64,000 nucleotides of DNA from Bacteroidia bacterium (GTDB lineage: Bacteria; Bacteroidota; Bacteroidia; M30B66). Of this stretch, positions 9,374 through 18,674 are shown one piece after another. Position 1 is the stretch's first letter. The number at the start of each line of letters is the position of its first letter. Under the pieces are notes generated by a model, which worked only from the letters and a program-made list of their open reading frames with translations, did no database searches and had not been told where the DNA came from. The position numbers and the translations under genes were made by a program. The stretch is from assembly GCA_965279035.1 (NCBI GenBank), contig OZ257142.1:3392001-3456000 (forward strand). The letters are read 5' to 3'.

Positions 9374-9649
9374 CTAAAATTTCAAATACACATACACAAC
9401 AGCATAAACGAAAGTCATTAGTAATATGCCTTTCCCCGTTTTTTCATAATGCCCTTTCTGCATATATTGTCTAAATGGCAAAAGGTTGACAACCAAAGCC
9501 AAAACAAGCATCGTTGGTTGATCGAATCGAGTAACAACTTTACCTGTGTTCAAGGTAATAGTGACAAATTTTTCTAAAATCAAATATACAATCATAGGTA
9601 TCACAGCTCCTATCAATGCTCCAAATATGAAGTTGTCTTTCTTAAACAT
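9374..9649 (-). CDS. Small membrane protein co-transcribed with surE
   Basis: Three hydrophobic segments; 8-bp overlap with the surE stop. Confidence 0.75.
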   Translation of the reverse strand: MFKKDNFIFGALIGAVIPMIVYLILEKFVTITLNTGKVVTRFDQPTMLVLALVVNLLPFRQYMQKGHYEKTGKGILLMTFVYAVVYVYLKF

Positions 9650-10412
9650 CTTGTTCCCAACTTTTAAATTTATTTAATGCAGCATGTGCTGTAATATCGA
9701 ATTGGCAAGGAACAACCGAAACATAATTATTTTCTAATGCCCAAATATCTGTATCCGTTCCAGAATCGTAATTCTTAAAAACGCCTGTCAACCAAAAATA
9801 GGGTTTACCTGATGGATCTTTTCGCTCATCAAATTCTTCTTCCCAATTGGCAATGGCTTGTCGACATACTTTTATGCCCTTAATCAATTCCTTGCTCACA
9901 TTGGGAATATTAACGTTCAAACAAATGCGATCGGGCATTTCGTTTTCGAGCGCTTGAGAAATGAGAATACGAGCAACATCTTGAGCGGCAGAAAAATCGG
10001 CATCAATTGAATGGTCGAGCAAAGAGAAACCAATCGAAGGAATTTGTTCCATTGCACCTTCCATCGCAGCCGACATCGTTCCAGAATAAATCACATTGAT
10101 AGAAGCATTTGAACCATGATTTATTCCTGAAACTAATAAATCAGGTTTACGATGAAGAATTTTATTTACTGCTAACTTGATACAATCTACAGGAGTTCCT
10201 GAACAGGCGTATTCAATTGTACCGTCTATTTTGATTGGATTTACACGTATGGTTGCATTGATTGTAATGGCATGTCCCATTGCCGATTGAGGTTTATCGG
10301 GAGCAACAACAACCACATCTCCAAATTCTTTTGCTACTGCAACCAGCGCACGAATACCTGGTGCAGTAATCCCGTCGTCGTTACATACAAGTATTAATTT
10401 CCTCTCGGCCAT
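9642..10412 (-). CDS. surE: 5'/3'-nucleotidase SurE
   Basis: ILVCNDDGITAPG, SGTPVDC, SGINHGSN..YSGTMSAAMEG. Confidence 0.97.
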   Translation of the reverse strand: MAERKLILVCNDDGITAPGIRALVAVAKEFGDVVVVAPDKPQSAMGHAITINATIRVNPIKIDGTIEYACSGTPVDCIKLAVNKILHRKPDLLVSGINHGSNASINVIYSGTMSAAMEGAMEQIPSIGFSLLDHSIDADFSAAQDVARILISQALENEMPDRICLNVNIPNVSKELIKGIKVCRQAIANWEEEFDERKDPSGKPYFWLTGVFKNYDSGTDTDIWALENNYVSVVPCQFDITAHAALNKFKSWEQDV

Positions 10413-10563
10413 GAATTATTTTTGCAGCCAAATTAGGCATTTTGGTTATGGCAAAAGAGGATTGACAAGTTGATTTATGTTATTTATATGAGAATTAATA
10501 ATAGGAATTGCCCGCTAAAGAAAACTGCGGAAACTCTGAATTAACCATCAAAATGATAGAAAT

Positions 10564-10598
10564 AAAAAAAGTCCTTCCGTAAGAAACGAAAGGACTTT
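10564..10598 (-). terminator. Intrinsic terminator of tRNA-Arg
   Basis: AAAGTCCTT..AAGGACTTT stem with T-run on the minus strand directly after the tRNA 3' end. Confidence 0.75.
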
Positions 10599-10603
10599 GG
10601 AAG

Positions 10604-10677
10604 TGATCCCGTTGAGATTCGAACTCAAGACCCACAGCTTAGAAGGCTGTTGCTCTATCCAGCTGAGCTACGGAACC
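10604..10677 (-). tRNA. tRNA-Arg(TCT)
   Basis: Reverse complement GGTTCCGTAGCTCAGCTGGATAGAGCAACAGC-CTTCTAA-GCTGTGGGTCTTGAGTTCGAATCTCAACGGGATCA; TATCTTTG box at 10691-10698 (minus strand). Confidence 0.96.
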
Positions 10678-10828
10678 AATTTCAGGGTGACAAAGATAGA
10701 AAAATCGATCTCTAAGCAGTTAAATCTGAAAAATCATTGCAGTTTTTCGTGATAAAAAAGTGAAATATTCGGGCATTGATTCAATACTATTTTGAAAATC
10801 AGGCACTTTGAAAAAACATTCAAGAAAG

Positions 10829-10858
10829 TTTGGAGGGAAACATTTTTTGGTACATTTG
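10829..10858 (+). promoter_or_regulatory. Bacteroidota promoter for tRNA-Ser/tRNA-Pro
   Basis: TTTG (10829-10832) and TACATTTG (10851-10858), 13 bp before tRNA-Ser. Confidence 0.65.
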
Positions 10859-10871
10859 CAGCCCACGCCAC

Positions 10872-10961
10872 GGTGAGGTGGGTGAGAGGCTGAAACCACC
10901 AGTTTGCTAAACTGACGTACGGGTAACTGTACCGCGGGTTCGAATCCCGCCCTCACCGCCA
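10872..10961 (+). tRNA. tRNA-Ser(GCT)
   Basis: GGTGAGG acceptor stem, anticodon loop TTGCTAA, long variable arm, GGTTCGAATCCC, encoded CCA. Confidence 0.96.
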
Positions 10962-11021
10962 GTAAATTCTGAAACCAACCGGAATTCAGAATGAGTGCAA
11001 AAAAATTACCTTCGGGTAGTT

Positions 11022-11096
11022 CGGGATGTAGCGTAGTCCGGTCATCGCGCCTGGTTTGGGACCAGGAGGTCGCAAGTTCGAATCTTGCCATCCCGA
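11022..11096 (+). tRNA. tRNA-Pro(TGG), integration target
   Basis: CGGGATG/CATCCCG acceptor stem, CCTGG-TTTGGGA-CCAGG anticodon arm, GTTCGAATC T-loop. Confidence 0.96.
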
Positions 11097-11100
11097 CGAA
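11077..11100 (+). repeat. attL core (24 bp)
   Basis: TTCGAATCTTGCCATCCCGACGAA, identical to 18651-18674. Confidence 0.92.
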
Positions 11101-11101
11101 T

Positions 11102-11134
11102 AAGCCCCTAGTATGTTGATTACTAGGGGCTTTT
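11102..11134 (+). terminator. Element-supplied terminator after tRNA-Pro
   Basis: AAGCCCCTAGTA-tgttgat-TACTAGGGGCTT then TT. Confidence 0.8.
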
Positions 11135-11250
11135 CATTTTATGTGAACACGTATTGAACACGATTTTCAAAATACGGTGCTTTCACGGCTCAATTGCCAA
11201 CCTACCACCCCAATAGTGAAAATAGTGAATAAATGGTCGGCTTATTCTGG

Positions 11251-11850
11251 TCATGCTGCTTGTTTCAATAGCTTCTTAACTTTCTGAACAGTTCCTAGTG
11301 CCACGTTGCAGCGACTAGCTATATCTCGTAACGGTTTTTTCATTCGAAGATGGATTACAACTTCTTTGTAGTGTTTCAGAACTTCTTCTGGTGATTCCGT
11401 TGTTCCTTTCTCACGTCCTTTATACACTCCACGCTTTTTAGCTTCTGCAATACCTTCTAATTGACGTTCACGTAAGGTCGAACGTTCCATTTCGGCTATG
11501 TTAGCCAGCACACTGACAATTAGCTTGAACGTTGGATTCTCTTTTCCGTTAACCAGTGATTCTAATCCTAGGTTATCCACTCTTAAGATTACACCCGCAA
11601 CTGTAAAGTTCTCGATTGTCTGCAATACATCGAGTGTGTTACGCCCAAGTCTTGAAATGTCACTAACAGATACGTAGTTGATTTCGCCACGTTTAATCGC
11701 TTCTAATAGCTCATTTGCCTTTGGTCGGTCATGGAATAGAATAGCACCAGAAACCTTATCCATAAAAATCATTTCATCTGGATGCTGTTTAGCCATCTGG
11801 CGGGCTTCATTCTGAGAAAAACAACTTGTCCGAATATATCTTGCTTTCAT
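11251..11850 (-). CDS. Serine recombinase (resolvase/invertase) with C-terminal HTH
   Basis: ARYIRTS, DKVSG, ISRLGRN, ERQLEGIAEAKKRGVYKGR. Confidence 0.93.
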   Translation of the reverse strand: MKARYIRTSCFSQNEARQMAKQHPDEMIFMDKVSGAILFHDRPKANELLEAIKRGEINYVSVSDISRLGRNTLDVLQTIENFTVAGVILRVDNLGLESLVNGKENPTFKLIVSVLANIAEMERSTLRERQLEGIAEAKKRGVYKGREKGTTESPEEVLKHYKEVVIHLRMKKPLRDIASRCNVALGTVQKVKKLLKQAA

Positions 11851-12028
11851 GATTCATCTGTTTGATGAACCAAAGATAATAATTTATTTCTAATGTACTA
11901 TTTTTAGGGTAGTTATTTTTAGCACAGCAAAAAGGCACATAATTGCCACATATTTTTCTTTCACCTATACCACCGTTTGGTTATAGTCTTTTTTTGGTAC
12001 ACCATGATATTTATAGCTAAACGTATAC

Positions 12029-12196
12029 ATGGAAACAATCGACCTACAAAACCAGCTTAAACTGAAACAAACCGAATTGAACCTAACATCAGATATCGAC
12101 AAACGCCAAAAGCTTGTGAATGATATTGAAATCATCAAACACAAGCTTTCGATTGACCGCATAAAACAAATTATAAAACAAATTCAGAACCGTTAG
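12029..12196 (+). CDS. Small coiled-coil-like hypothetical protein (55 aa, not in the ORF track)
   Basis: ATG..TAG frame METIDLQNQLKLKQTELNLTSDIDKRQKLVNDIEIIKHKLSIDRIKQIIKQIQNR; 4-bp convergent overlap with the next gene. Confidence 0.6.
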   Translation: METIDLQNQLKLKQTELNLTSDIDKRQKLVNDIEIIKHKLSIDRIKQIIKQIQNR

Positions 12197-12837
12197 GCAG
12201 CATCCCTATTGATGATAATGGTGCTATCCAAAATATCCCAATCATCATTCACCAATCCATCTTTGACCATGTAAAACAATCCAGCTTCATACTTATTATA
12301 TGGTTCGATATCTATTCGATTGCCTACCAGATAAGATTGCATATCCGCTTTAACATCATCCAGCAATTCGTTCTTTGAACAATAGATTACAAAATGATTG
12401 TGATATCCTTTGCGATTGGTGAACGACTCAGTAGTGAAGAATAAACGTATTTCTGATGCATCACCATACTTAGCGGCTAAAGCATCATATAAACCATGCA
12501 TCATCTTAAAACATGATTTCTTGTTACGTTCATGCGCATAAGCCACGGTAACGAATAAACTCCATTCTTTATACCATAAATTCGATTGAAGTGAATCCTT
12601 ATCCATTAGACAATCAATTACATTTCGCATTGAATTGTTTTCTCTATTCAATTGCTGATTTTCATCAAACATTATTTCGCTATCAAAAAACTTTGCGTGA
12701 CTAACAGGAAATAAACGTTTATTATTCTTCAAGCGTGATTGTTCCCAATATTCTGGATACTTCTTATAAAACCTATATAATGTGCTTTTACTTATTGATG
12801 TTCGTTTTATAAACTCTGTGATATTTTCTAATTTCAT
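12193..12837 (-). CDS. HTH plus HUH endonuclease, rolling-circle Rep-like
   Basis: N-terminal ISKSTLYRF HTH; motif I FVTVAY, motif II GYHNHFVI, motif III FYMVK in RCR-Rep order. Confidence 0.6.
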   Translation of the reverse strand: MKLENITEFIKRTSISKSTLYRFYKKYPEYWEQSRLKNNKRLFPVSHAKFFDSEIMFDENQQLNRENNSMRNVIDCLMDKDSLQSNLWYKEWSLFVTVAYAHERNKKSCFKMMHGLYDALAAKYGDASEIRLFFTTESFTNRKGYHNHFVIYCSKNELLDDVKADMQSYLVGNRIDIEPYNKYEAGLFYMVKDGLVNDDWDILDSTIIINRDAA

Positions 12838-13384
12838 TTACCATAGTATATTTCTTTAAATGTTATTTGATACAAGAATCCCATACAAGAGGTATCATCC
12901 TCGCATCTTTACAATAAATACTACATATTTCTTAAAAAGTCAAGCAAAATGACACAGTTTAGCAAAATAAAATTCAATTACAAAGTGTTTCAAAATGACA
13001 CAATCCAGCAAACTAGGCAATTCTAGCCCCAATTTTATTCACACCATCATAGGTATTAGTTTTAGAAGATAAAATTTTATTTCATCCAGAAGAGGGGTAA
13101 CTGAAATTCAAAATCCTCAAAAAGTATCCTAAGTAGCCCCCCCTACACGATTTAAATAATAATTAGCACCTAAACGTTAAAAAAGGGAATTAGCCGAAAC
13201 GTGTTAGCATTAATGCATAAAGTACACATAACCAAGTTATTCTACACTAATTTCATCAATTTCGGACATGCTACGAATTGTTTCATTTAAAGCCCAATTA
13301 TAAGCTGATAATGAAGAATTTTGACAATAATCGAATTGCTCCAAGCTCAACATTTCTAATTAGTATTATTTCAGCGGCAGAAGT

Positions 13385-14086
13385 TTAATGTAAAAGTGAA
13401 TCGACAAGCACAAGCGTTTCATATTCATCAGATTCAGGATTATACATATTGAGAAGAACCTTATTTTTCTTCATATCTCTATTTGTAATAAAGAACATAC
13501 TTTTATCAAAGTTGTTTTTTTCTGTTGATTGATTTTTAATGAAGTTAACGCTTTCCTCATATTTATTACCAGAATATGAATGTATGAATGATTGACTAAA
13601 ATCAGAAATCTTCAACTCGGTTTTATGTCCATCATCTAGTTCACTCGCAAAAATGTATGTTTTAGTAACTTTATCCAATAACTTAATTTCTAGCAATCTT
13701 TTTTCTGGCGAATTATAAGGCTTATCAAATGTTAATAGAAATCTTTTGTTAGCATATGGACTAATCATTCGATTATTTCCGAAACTCTCATCACAAAAAA
13801 ATGGTGGCTGATTTTTTAATTGTGTCAGTTGTTCGTCATCTAGTGAAATAGATTCGCCACCTTCAGTTTGAAAATCATATGATGGGAAACGTGCGTAACA
13901 TTGACAGCTTTTAAAACTCACAATTACCTGATTTTCATTTTCAATAATTGCTGTATCAATATTTTTTTCGCTAGGATTTTCGCCTGAATCTTTTGATGAT
14001 TTTGAAGAACACGCAAAAATGACAATTGATAAAAAGCCGATTAACAAAAAAGTTAATTTATTTGTTTTGATTGGAAAATTAGCCAT
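13385..14086 (-). CDS. Hypothetical lipoprotein (island cargo)
   Basis: Signal peptide with lipobox IFAC followed by a Ser/Lys-rich linker. Confidence 0.7.
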   Translation of the reverse strand: MANFPIKTNKLTFLLIGFLSIVIFACSSKSSKDSGENPSEKNIDTAIIENENQVIVSFKSCQCYARFPSYDFQTEGGESISLDDEQLTQLKNQPPFFCDESFGNNRMISPYANKRFLLTFDKPYNSPEKRLLEIKLLDKVTKTYIFASELDDGHKTELKISDFSQSFIHSYSGNKYEESVNFIKNQSTEKNNFDKSMFFITNRDMKKNKVLLNMYNPESDEYETLVLVDSLLH

Positions 14087-14268
14087 GTTAGTTCTTTGTC
14101 TGAAATGGGTTTAGCTTATTGTAAGCTTCAAAATAAATTATGCAAATATTATTGTGAAACAAAGTGAAAAGTTACATATTATTCCTAAAAGATGAACTCC
14201 ACATTAATCCGAATGAGTCTCAAGTAAAAAATTAATATTGATGAATATTGAGATTAAAATAATTATAA

Positions 14269-16170
14269 TTAACGGTGATGCCCTTGACAAGTACAATTCA
14301 TTCCAATACCACCATAAGAAAAAGGCAACCCTCTTTCAATCCATTTCCCAACCTTCTCATTATCTTTATATTCTCCCAATGTTGTAATCTTTCCGCTTCT
14401 ATCTCGCACTTCATAACTTCCTTGTTTTATCCCACGACTATCGGTATGCCACTTTATCAAATTATTTCCCTCCCAAGACTCAAATTCATTAAGAATATTT
14501 GCTTCTGCATTATTACTTTTTGATTTTGCAATAGAACAAAGCTCCTTCAACATTTCATAACATTTCTGTGCTTGTTCTTTTCTAACAACAATACTAAATC
14601 CTTTTCTTGTCCCCATTTTATAATAATTTATACATCTACATGTTGCTTCATCAATATCAATATCAAAAGGGTCTTGTTTACTATCAAAATCAAAGCCTGA
14701 TGAAGACCTCGCCCAAAAATATTTGGGTTCAAAACCAGTCGCAAAGTCCATACATATGCATGAATATTGGAAAGTCAAATCGTTAATATTAATGTCAGTT
14801 AAATGCCCCCATTGTATATCAGTTGTTTTAAATACATTAATATCATTTTCGCTATAAAATATTTCTTTTACTTTGGCTGCATAACCTCTAGGTGAGAATG
14901 ATGCAGATAATTGATATGCATTACGAGTAGATACTAATTTTTGATTGCATTCCTTAACACACTTGTCTATAAAACTATAATTATCCCTTTCTTTCTGTGA
15001 AATATTTTCATAAGGAATGGATTTGATTTCCAAATCAACGGTTTTTTTATTTAATGACCCAACACTTTGAAATGCGGTTAACTGTTTGTCTATAATTATA
15101 AAGTCATTGCTTATCTCAAATTCCCACAGTCCACAACCTCTCTTTTGAGGGAGCTTGCAAAGATTTGAAACTTGAAATCTTGATTTATGCAAAGTATCAA
15201 TGTAATAATAGATATCACCATCTTCAAATATATTTTCTGATAAATTAATTGTTTTCTTTTTAGTTAATAAATATAATGTATCCTTATAAATATAAGTATT
15301 TCTAATGCCATTTAAAGGGATTTCTTTCTTAGTGTCTAGGTCATATATAAATTGACTCCCATCAATATTATTTGAATAGATGTTAACATAAAGTTTGTTT
15401 TGAAAGCATGATAATTCTTTAATTGTACCCATACTTGCTAACCCAGCTTTATCTATATTTTTTTTATTCAAGCCAATGAAATCAAGCTTATACCAATTTT
15501 TACCCTTGTCTGAACTAGAATAAATATTCTCCATAGTAGCAATGAAGAATTCATCTCCCTTTGAGCAAATTTTAAAATCTTGCTCAATAATTGGAATAGT
15601 CACTTTAGTCCATTCATTGCAATCTTCTGATATGTATAAGCAATTTTCATAATATGAACTAAATACAAAAAGATTTTCAGAAACCACAGCTTGAAATAAC
15701 CCCGCATTAATATTTTCATCAAATCCTATTTCACTTTCATTTATTGAAATAGATTTGTTAATACTAATCCTATTAAATGTTCTTCCAAAATCCTCACTTA
15801 TAAAGAACTTTCCAAGTGTAAAAAATATCAAATTATTCCCTTTTACAAATATTTGTTTCGGCATAATTTCTCTTCTCACCCCATCATTGGGGGCTATTTG
15901 ATACTTTATATCCGAGAAATCCCAACTCCTCCCTTTGTCGTAAGAATAAAAACAATATCCGTCATCAAAACTTCTTGAAAAGCCTAATATTGAATCTCCC
16001 TTACTTACTAATATTTCAAATGTTATTTTTGTTGTTTTAGAGCCTGAATCAGGTGTTTTTCCAATAAATTCTATGGCTTCATTTTGTGAAAAACAATTAC
16101 CCGTATTTATTAGAATCAAAAAAAGAAAAAAAGAAGTCTTAAATAGAAATTTACAAATAAAATTAATCAT
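14269..16170 (-). CDS. Secreted Asp-box (BNR) repeat protein with C-terminal MORN-like repeat
   Basis: Signal peptide; SYDKGRSW, SEDFGRTF, SEDCNEW, SSDKGKNW; C-terminal GIKQGSY..GEYKDNEKVGKW. Confidence 0.7.
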   Translation of the reverse strand: MINFICKFLFKTSFFLFLILINTGNCFSQNEAIEFIGKTPDSGSKTTKITFEILVSKGDSILGFSRSFDDGYCFYSYDKGRSWDFSDIKYQIAPNDGVRREIMPKQIFVKGNNLIFFTLGKFFISEDFGRTFNRISINKSISINESEIGFDENINAGLFQAVVSENLFVFSSYYENCLYISEDCNEWTKVTIPIIEQDFKICSKGDEFFIATMENIYSSSDKGKNWYKLDFIGLNKKNIDKAGLASMGTIKELSCFQNKLYVNIYSNNIDGSQFIYDLDTKKEIPLNGIRNTYIYKDTLYLLTKKKTINLSENIFEDGDIYYYIDTLHKSRFQVSNLCKLPQKRGCGLWEFEISNDFIIIDKQLTAFQSVGSLNKKTVDLEIKSIPYENISQKERDNYSFIDKCVKECNQKLVSTRNAYQLSASFSPRGYAAKVKEIFYSENDINVFKTTDIQWGHLTDININDLTFQYSCICMDFATGFEPKYFWARSSSGFDFDSKQDPFDIDIDEATCRCINYYKMGTRKGFSIVVRKEQAQKCYEMLKELCSIAKSKSNNAEANILNEFESWEGNNLIKWHTDSRGIKQGSYEVRDRSGKITTLGEYKDNEKVGKWIERGLPFSYGGIGMNCTCQGHHR

Positions 16171-16225
16171 GTTGTGAGATTAGATTTTGAATTAACACTT
16201 TAAAAAGTTCGGCATTAGTGGTGAA

Positions 16226-16747
16226 TCAATATTCAATGTGTCCTTTACCATCACAAGTTATACATTTTCTTCCTTCTTTTTCAACGGTATTAGGTTTCAG
16301 TATATTTTCAATCCCAGTTCCGTTACACTTTGAGCATTCGTCTCCTGGAACTCGTCCTTTATTATTTGTATCATCAATATACGAATTCATTTTATTTGTA
16401 TGTCTAAGCCCGCAACTAGGACTACATATAAAGCATTGATATGGGTCTTCGCATAATTTCCATAATCCGTTTGAAACTTCCTTATAACCTTTACCAATGA
16501 ATTCTTTTCCACAAATTGTGCACGTTTCCTTTGATATTTTGTCCCTATTTATTCTTGAGACTGTTCCATAACTATTAGGTTCTGATTTTGTTTCATTTAT
16601 TTTTACTTCTTTGTTGCTTTTCGGAATAATAATTAATGCGATGCTCAAAGTGAAAATTGAAATTCCAATAATAGCAGTTATAATTTTCTTAGCTTTTTTC
16701 TGCTTTATTCGAATTTGACCTTTTGTTAATATATCATTCTGATTCAT
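16226..16747 (-). CDS. Membrane-anchored Cys-rich hypothetical protein
   Basis: One TM helix, CTICG..CSPSC and two DnaJ-type CxxCxGxG motifs (CSKCNGTG, CITCDGKG). Confidence 0.7.
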   Translation of the reverse strand: MNQNDILTKGQIRIKQKKAKKIITAIIGISIFTLSIALIIIPKSNKEVKINETKSEPNSYGTVSRINRDKISKETCTICGKEFIGKGYKEVSNGLWKLCEDPYQCFICSPSCGLRHTNKMNSYIDDTNNKGRVPGDECSKCNGTGIENILKPNTVEKEGRKCITCDGKGHIEY

Positions 16748-16770
16748 CTTATAAATTATATTTTACTAGA

Positions 16771-17229
16771 TTAATTAAAACCACCAGTTATTCCTAACAA
16801 CTTTTTGAATTTGGCAACTTCTGATTCTGATAAGTATCGCTTACGTGGTGATTCAACTCGCACCTTAATTGTTTTTTGGTCTCTCAGATGCTTGTTCAGA
16901 TTCTGAACGGTCATTTTTAGCTGTTTTGCTACCTCAACTATGGTGAACTCCTTTTCGTTTGGATTCACTTTAACAATCCGTTCAGCTTCTATGGAATGAA
17001 TGTGCTCATTATGGTATTGGCGAAATGCACTTTTCAACTTCCATTGAAGTAATTCTGCTTTCTTGTCAAATTCGAATCTAATTTTAGGAAGTGGCTTACC
17101 TTCATTTGCTTTCAACACTGAATTGTAAAATGTTTTCATTGCTGATGCTAATGCCTTATCAACTGTATTATCGTCTATCTCCAGTTGAGCAAAAATCTCC
17201 AGTAGGTTGTTCGCTTGCTGCCTATCCAT
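16771..17229 (-). CDS. HTH DNA-binding protein (excisionase/regulator-like)
   Basis: FTIVEVAKQLKMTVQNLNKHLR..RYLSESEV; overlaps the integrase stop. Confidence 0.65.
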   Translation of the reverse strand: MDRQQANNLLEIFAQLEIDDNTVDKALASAMKTFYNSVLKANEGKPLPKIRFEFDKKAELLQWKLKSAFRQYHNEHIHSIEAERIVKVNPNEKEFTIVEVAKQLKMTVQNLNKHLRDQKTIKVRVESPRKRYLSESEVAKFKKLLGITGGFN

Positions 17230-18484
17230 TTGTTAAATCATTGAATACCTTAATGTTCTCAGAAATCAACTCGTAATTAGGGTTTATATATTCTTGCAAA
17301 GTACTTAATTTCTTATGTCCTGTCATTTTCATGATAGCGTTAAGATTAACGTTGTTATTTACCAAATTGGTGATGAATGTTCGCCTACCCGTGTGGAATG
17401 TTATCAGTTGATACTTTGGAGCATCTTCGTTATCAGCACCATAAACATAATATTCGTTGAATTCATCTAACGTACTCAATGCTTCGTGAATGTACTTGTT
17501 CGTATTCACCTCTGAATACAGACGAAGATTGTAATCATACTTCACAAGTATCTGTTCTGCAAATTGGCTTAACGGTATTTCTACATCTGCTTTCGTCTTT
17601 TTCGTCACAAGCTCCAAAAATCTTCGACCACTTTTTGTCTTCACCATTGATTTTTTCACACTTCTAACATCACTAATTCGAAGTCCTGTATGACAAGCAA
17701 ACAGAAACAGGTCGATTGCTTTCTGATGTGTTTCCTTACTGAATGTTGTCTGGTGTATCAGTTTCATTTCAGCTAGTGTTAAAGCATAGTGGTCATTGCC
17801 CACTACTCGAATACCATATGAATTCAGAACATTAAAATTTGTCAAATGACCATTCAACACCAGCCATTTGCCAAATCCCTTTAAACAGCTGAATCTTTTG
17901 TGGCGTGTTTTCGAACTTTGCTTCTTCGTTAAAAAGATATAGTTTACTATTCGTGGACGGTCATTCGCAAGAAACTGGTTAAAACGTTCCAACCATTCAT
18001 TCGAGTTGATTGCATTCAATGGTATTGAACCAGTCACTTTCTGGTAATCCATCAATGCGTTATAGGTTGACTTATAATCTTTCAATGATTGTATCGACCT
18101 ATCTGGATTCTTGAAGAACAATGCTTTCTCGGTCAAAAACTGCTGGTAGTATTCTGTAAGTTCTGCATCCGACTTCAATCGAATAGAATCAGAATTAAGT
18201 TGAAGCTGTTTCTTCACATAAGCACCATCGGGTTTTATTCGGTGCTCATACATATATGTATCTATGATGTGCTCAATATCCGAATGAACTCTGGCAATTA
18301 TCCTATTCTTACGTTCGTGGTCTTCATCTGACTGCCTCACCCGTTCGGCTTTCTTATCAAAATCTTTCGATTTCACATAAACTGTTGTACTTTCCCGCAA
18401 AGTGCTGATGTGCTTATAATAAATCACAACAAGCTTTTCCTTTTGAACATTTTCCCTGTAGAGGGTAACTGAACTATAACCCAT
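17222..18484 (-). CDS. Tyrosine recombinase/integrase
   Basis: HTGLRISD, TKKT, FHTGRRTFIT, TGHK..EY catalytic residues; ATG 18484 preferred over 18517. Confidence 0.95.
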   Translation of the reverse strand: MGYSSVTLYRENVQKEKLVVIYYKHISTLRESTTVYVKSKDFDKKAERVRQSDEDHERKNRIIARVHSDIEHIIDTYMYEHRIKPDGAYVKKQLQLNSDSIRLKSDAELTEYYQQFLTEKALFFKNPDRSIQSLKDYKSTYNALMDYQKVTGSIPLNAINSNEWLERFNQFLANDRPRIVNYIFLTKKQSSKTRHKRFSCLKGFGKWLVLNGHLTNFNVLNSYGIRVVGNDHYALTLAEMKLIHQTTFSKETHQKAIDLFLFACHTGLRISDVRSVKKSMVKTKSGRRFLELVTKKTKADVEIPLSQFAEQILVKYDYNLRLYSEVNTNKYIHEALSTLDEFNEYYVYGADNEDAPKYQLITFHTGRRTFITNLVNNNVNLNAIMKMTGHKKLSTLQEYINPNYELISENIKVFNDLTNG

Positions 18485-18650
18485 AATTAAAACTATAACT
18501 GAACACGATTTGAACACGATTTAACGAAAATAGTGAAAATACTGAAACTATTTAGTGAAACCTAAACCAACAAAAACGACCTCAACAATGAATATATTAT
18601 CTGTTAATCAATCACTTACAAATTCAATTGTGAAAACAGTGAAAACTGTA

Positions 18651-18674
18651 TTCGAATCTTGCCATCCCGACGAA
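18651..18674 (+). repeat. attR core (24 bp duplicate of the tRNA-Pro 3' end)
   Basis: Identical to 11077-11100. Confidence 0.92.

Larger units (their letters stand above)
11077..18674. mobile_element. ~7.6 kb tyrosine-integrase genomic island in tRNA-Pro
   Basis: 24-bp direct repeats of the tRNA 3' end, integrase next to the distal repeat, resolvase, HUH protein, AT-rich cargo. Confidence 0.92.

Noticed and set aside
8545-9474. Several short ORFs between the thiamine-binding gene and the surE operon
   Set aside because: Overlapping, non-ATG or atypical composition, no motifs
10720-11091. 123-aa minus-strand ORF
   Set aside because: Antisense shadow of tRNA-Ser and tRNA-Pro
11965-12162. 65-aa minus-strand ORF
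   Set aside because: Shadow of the more plausible plus-strand ORF 12029-12196
13190-16225. Integron attC-like sites between island cargo genes (e.g. near 13200 and 16210)
   Set aside because: Only short degenerate matches; no paired core sites, and the integrase shows no clear IntI features
11101-18650. Prophage or conjugative element
   Set aside because: No structural, packaging, lysis or T4SS genes recognisable; too small
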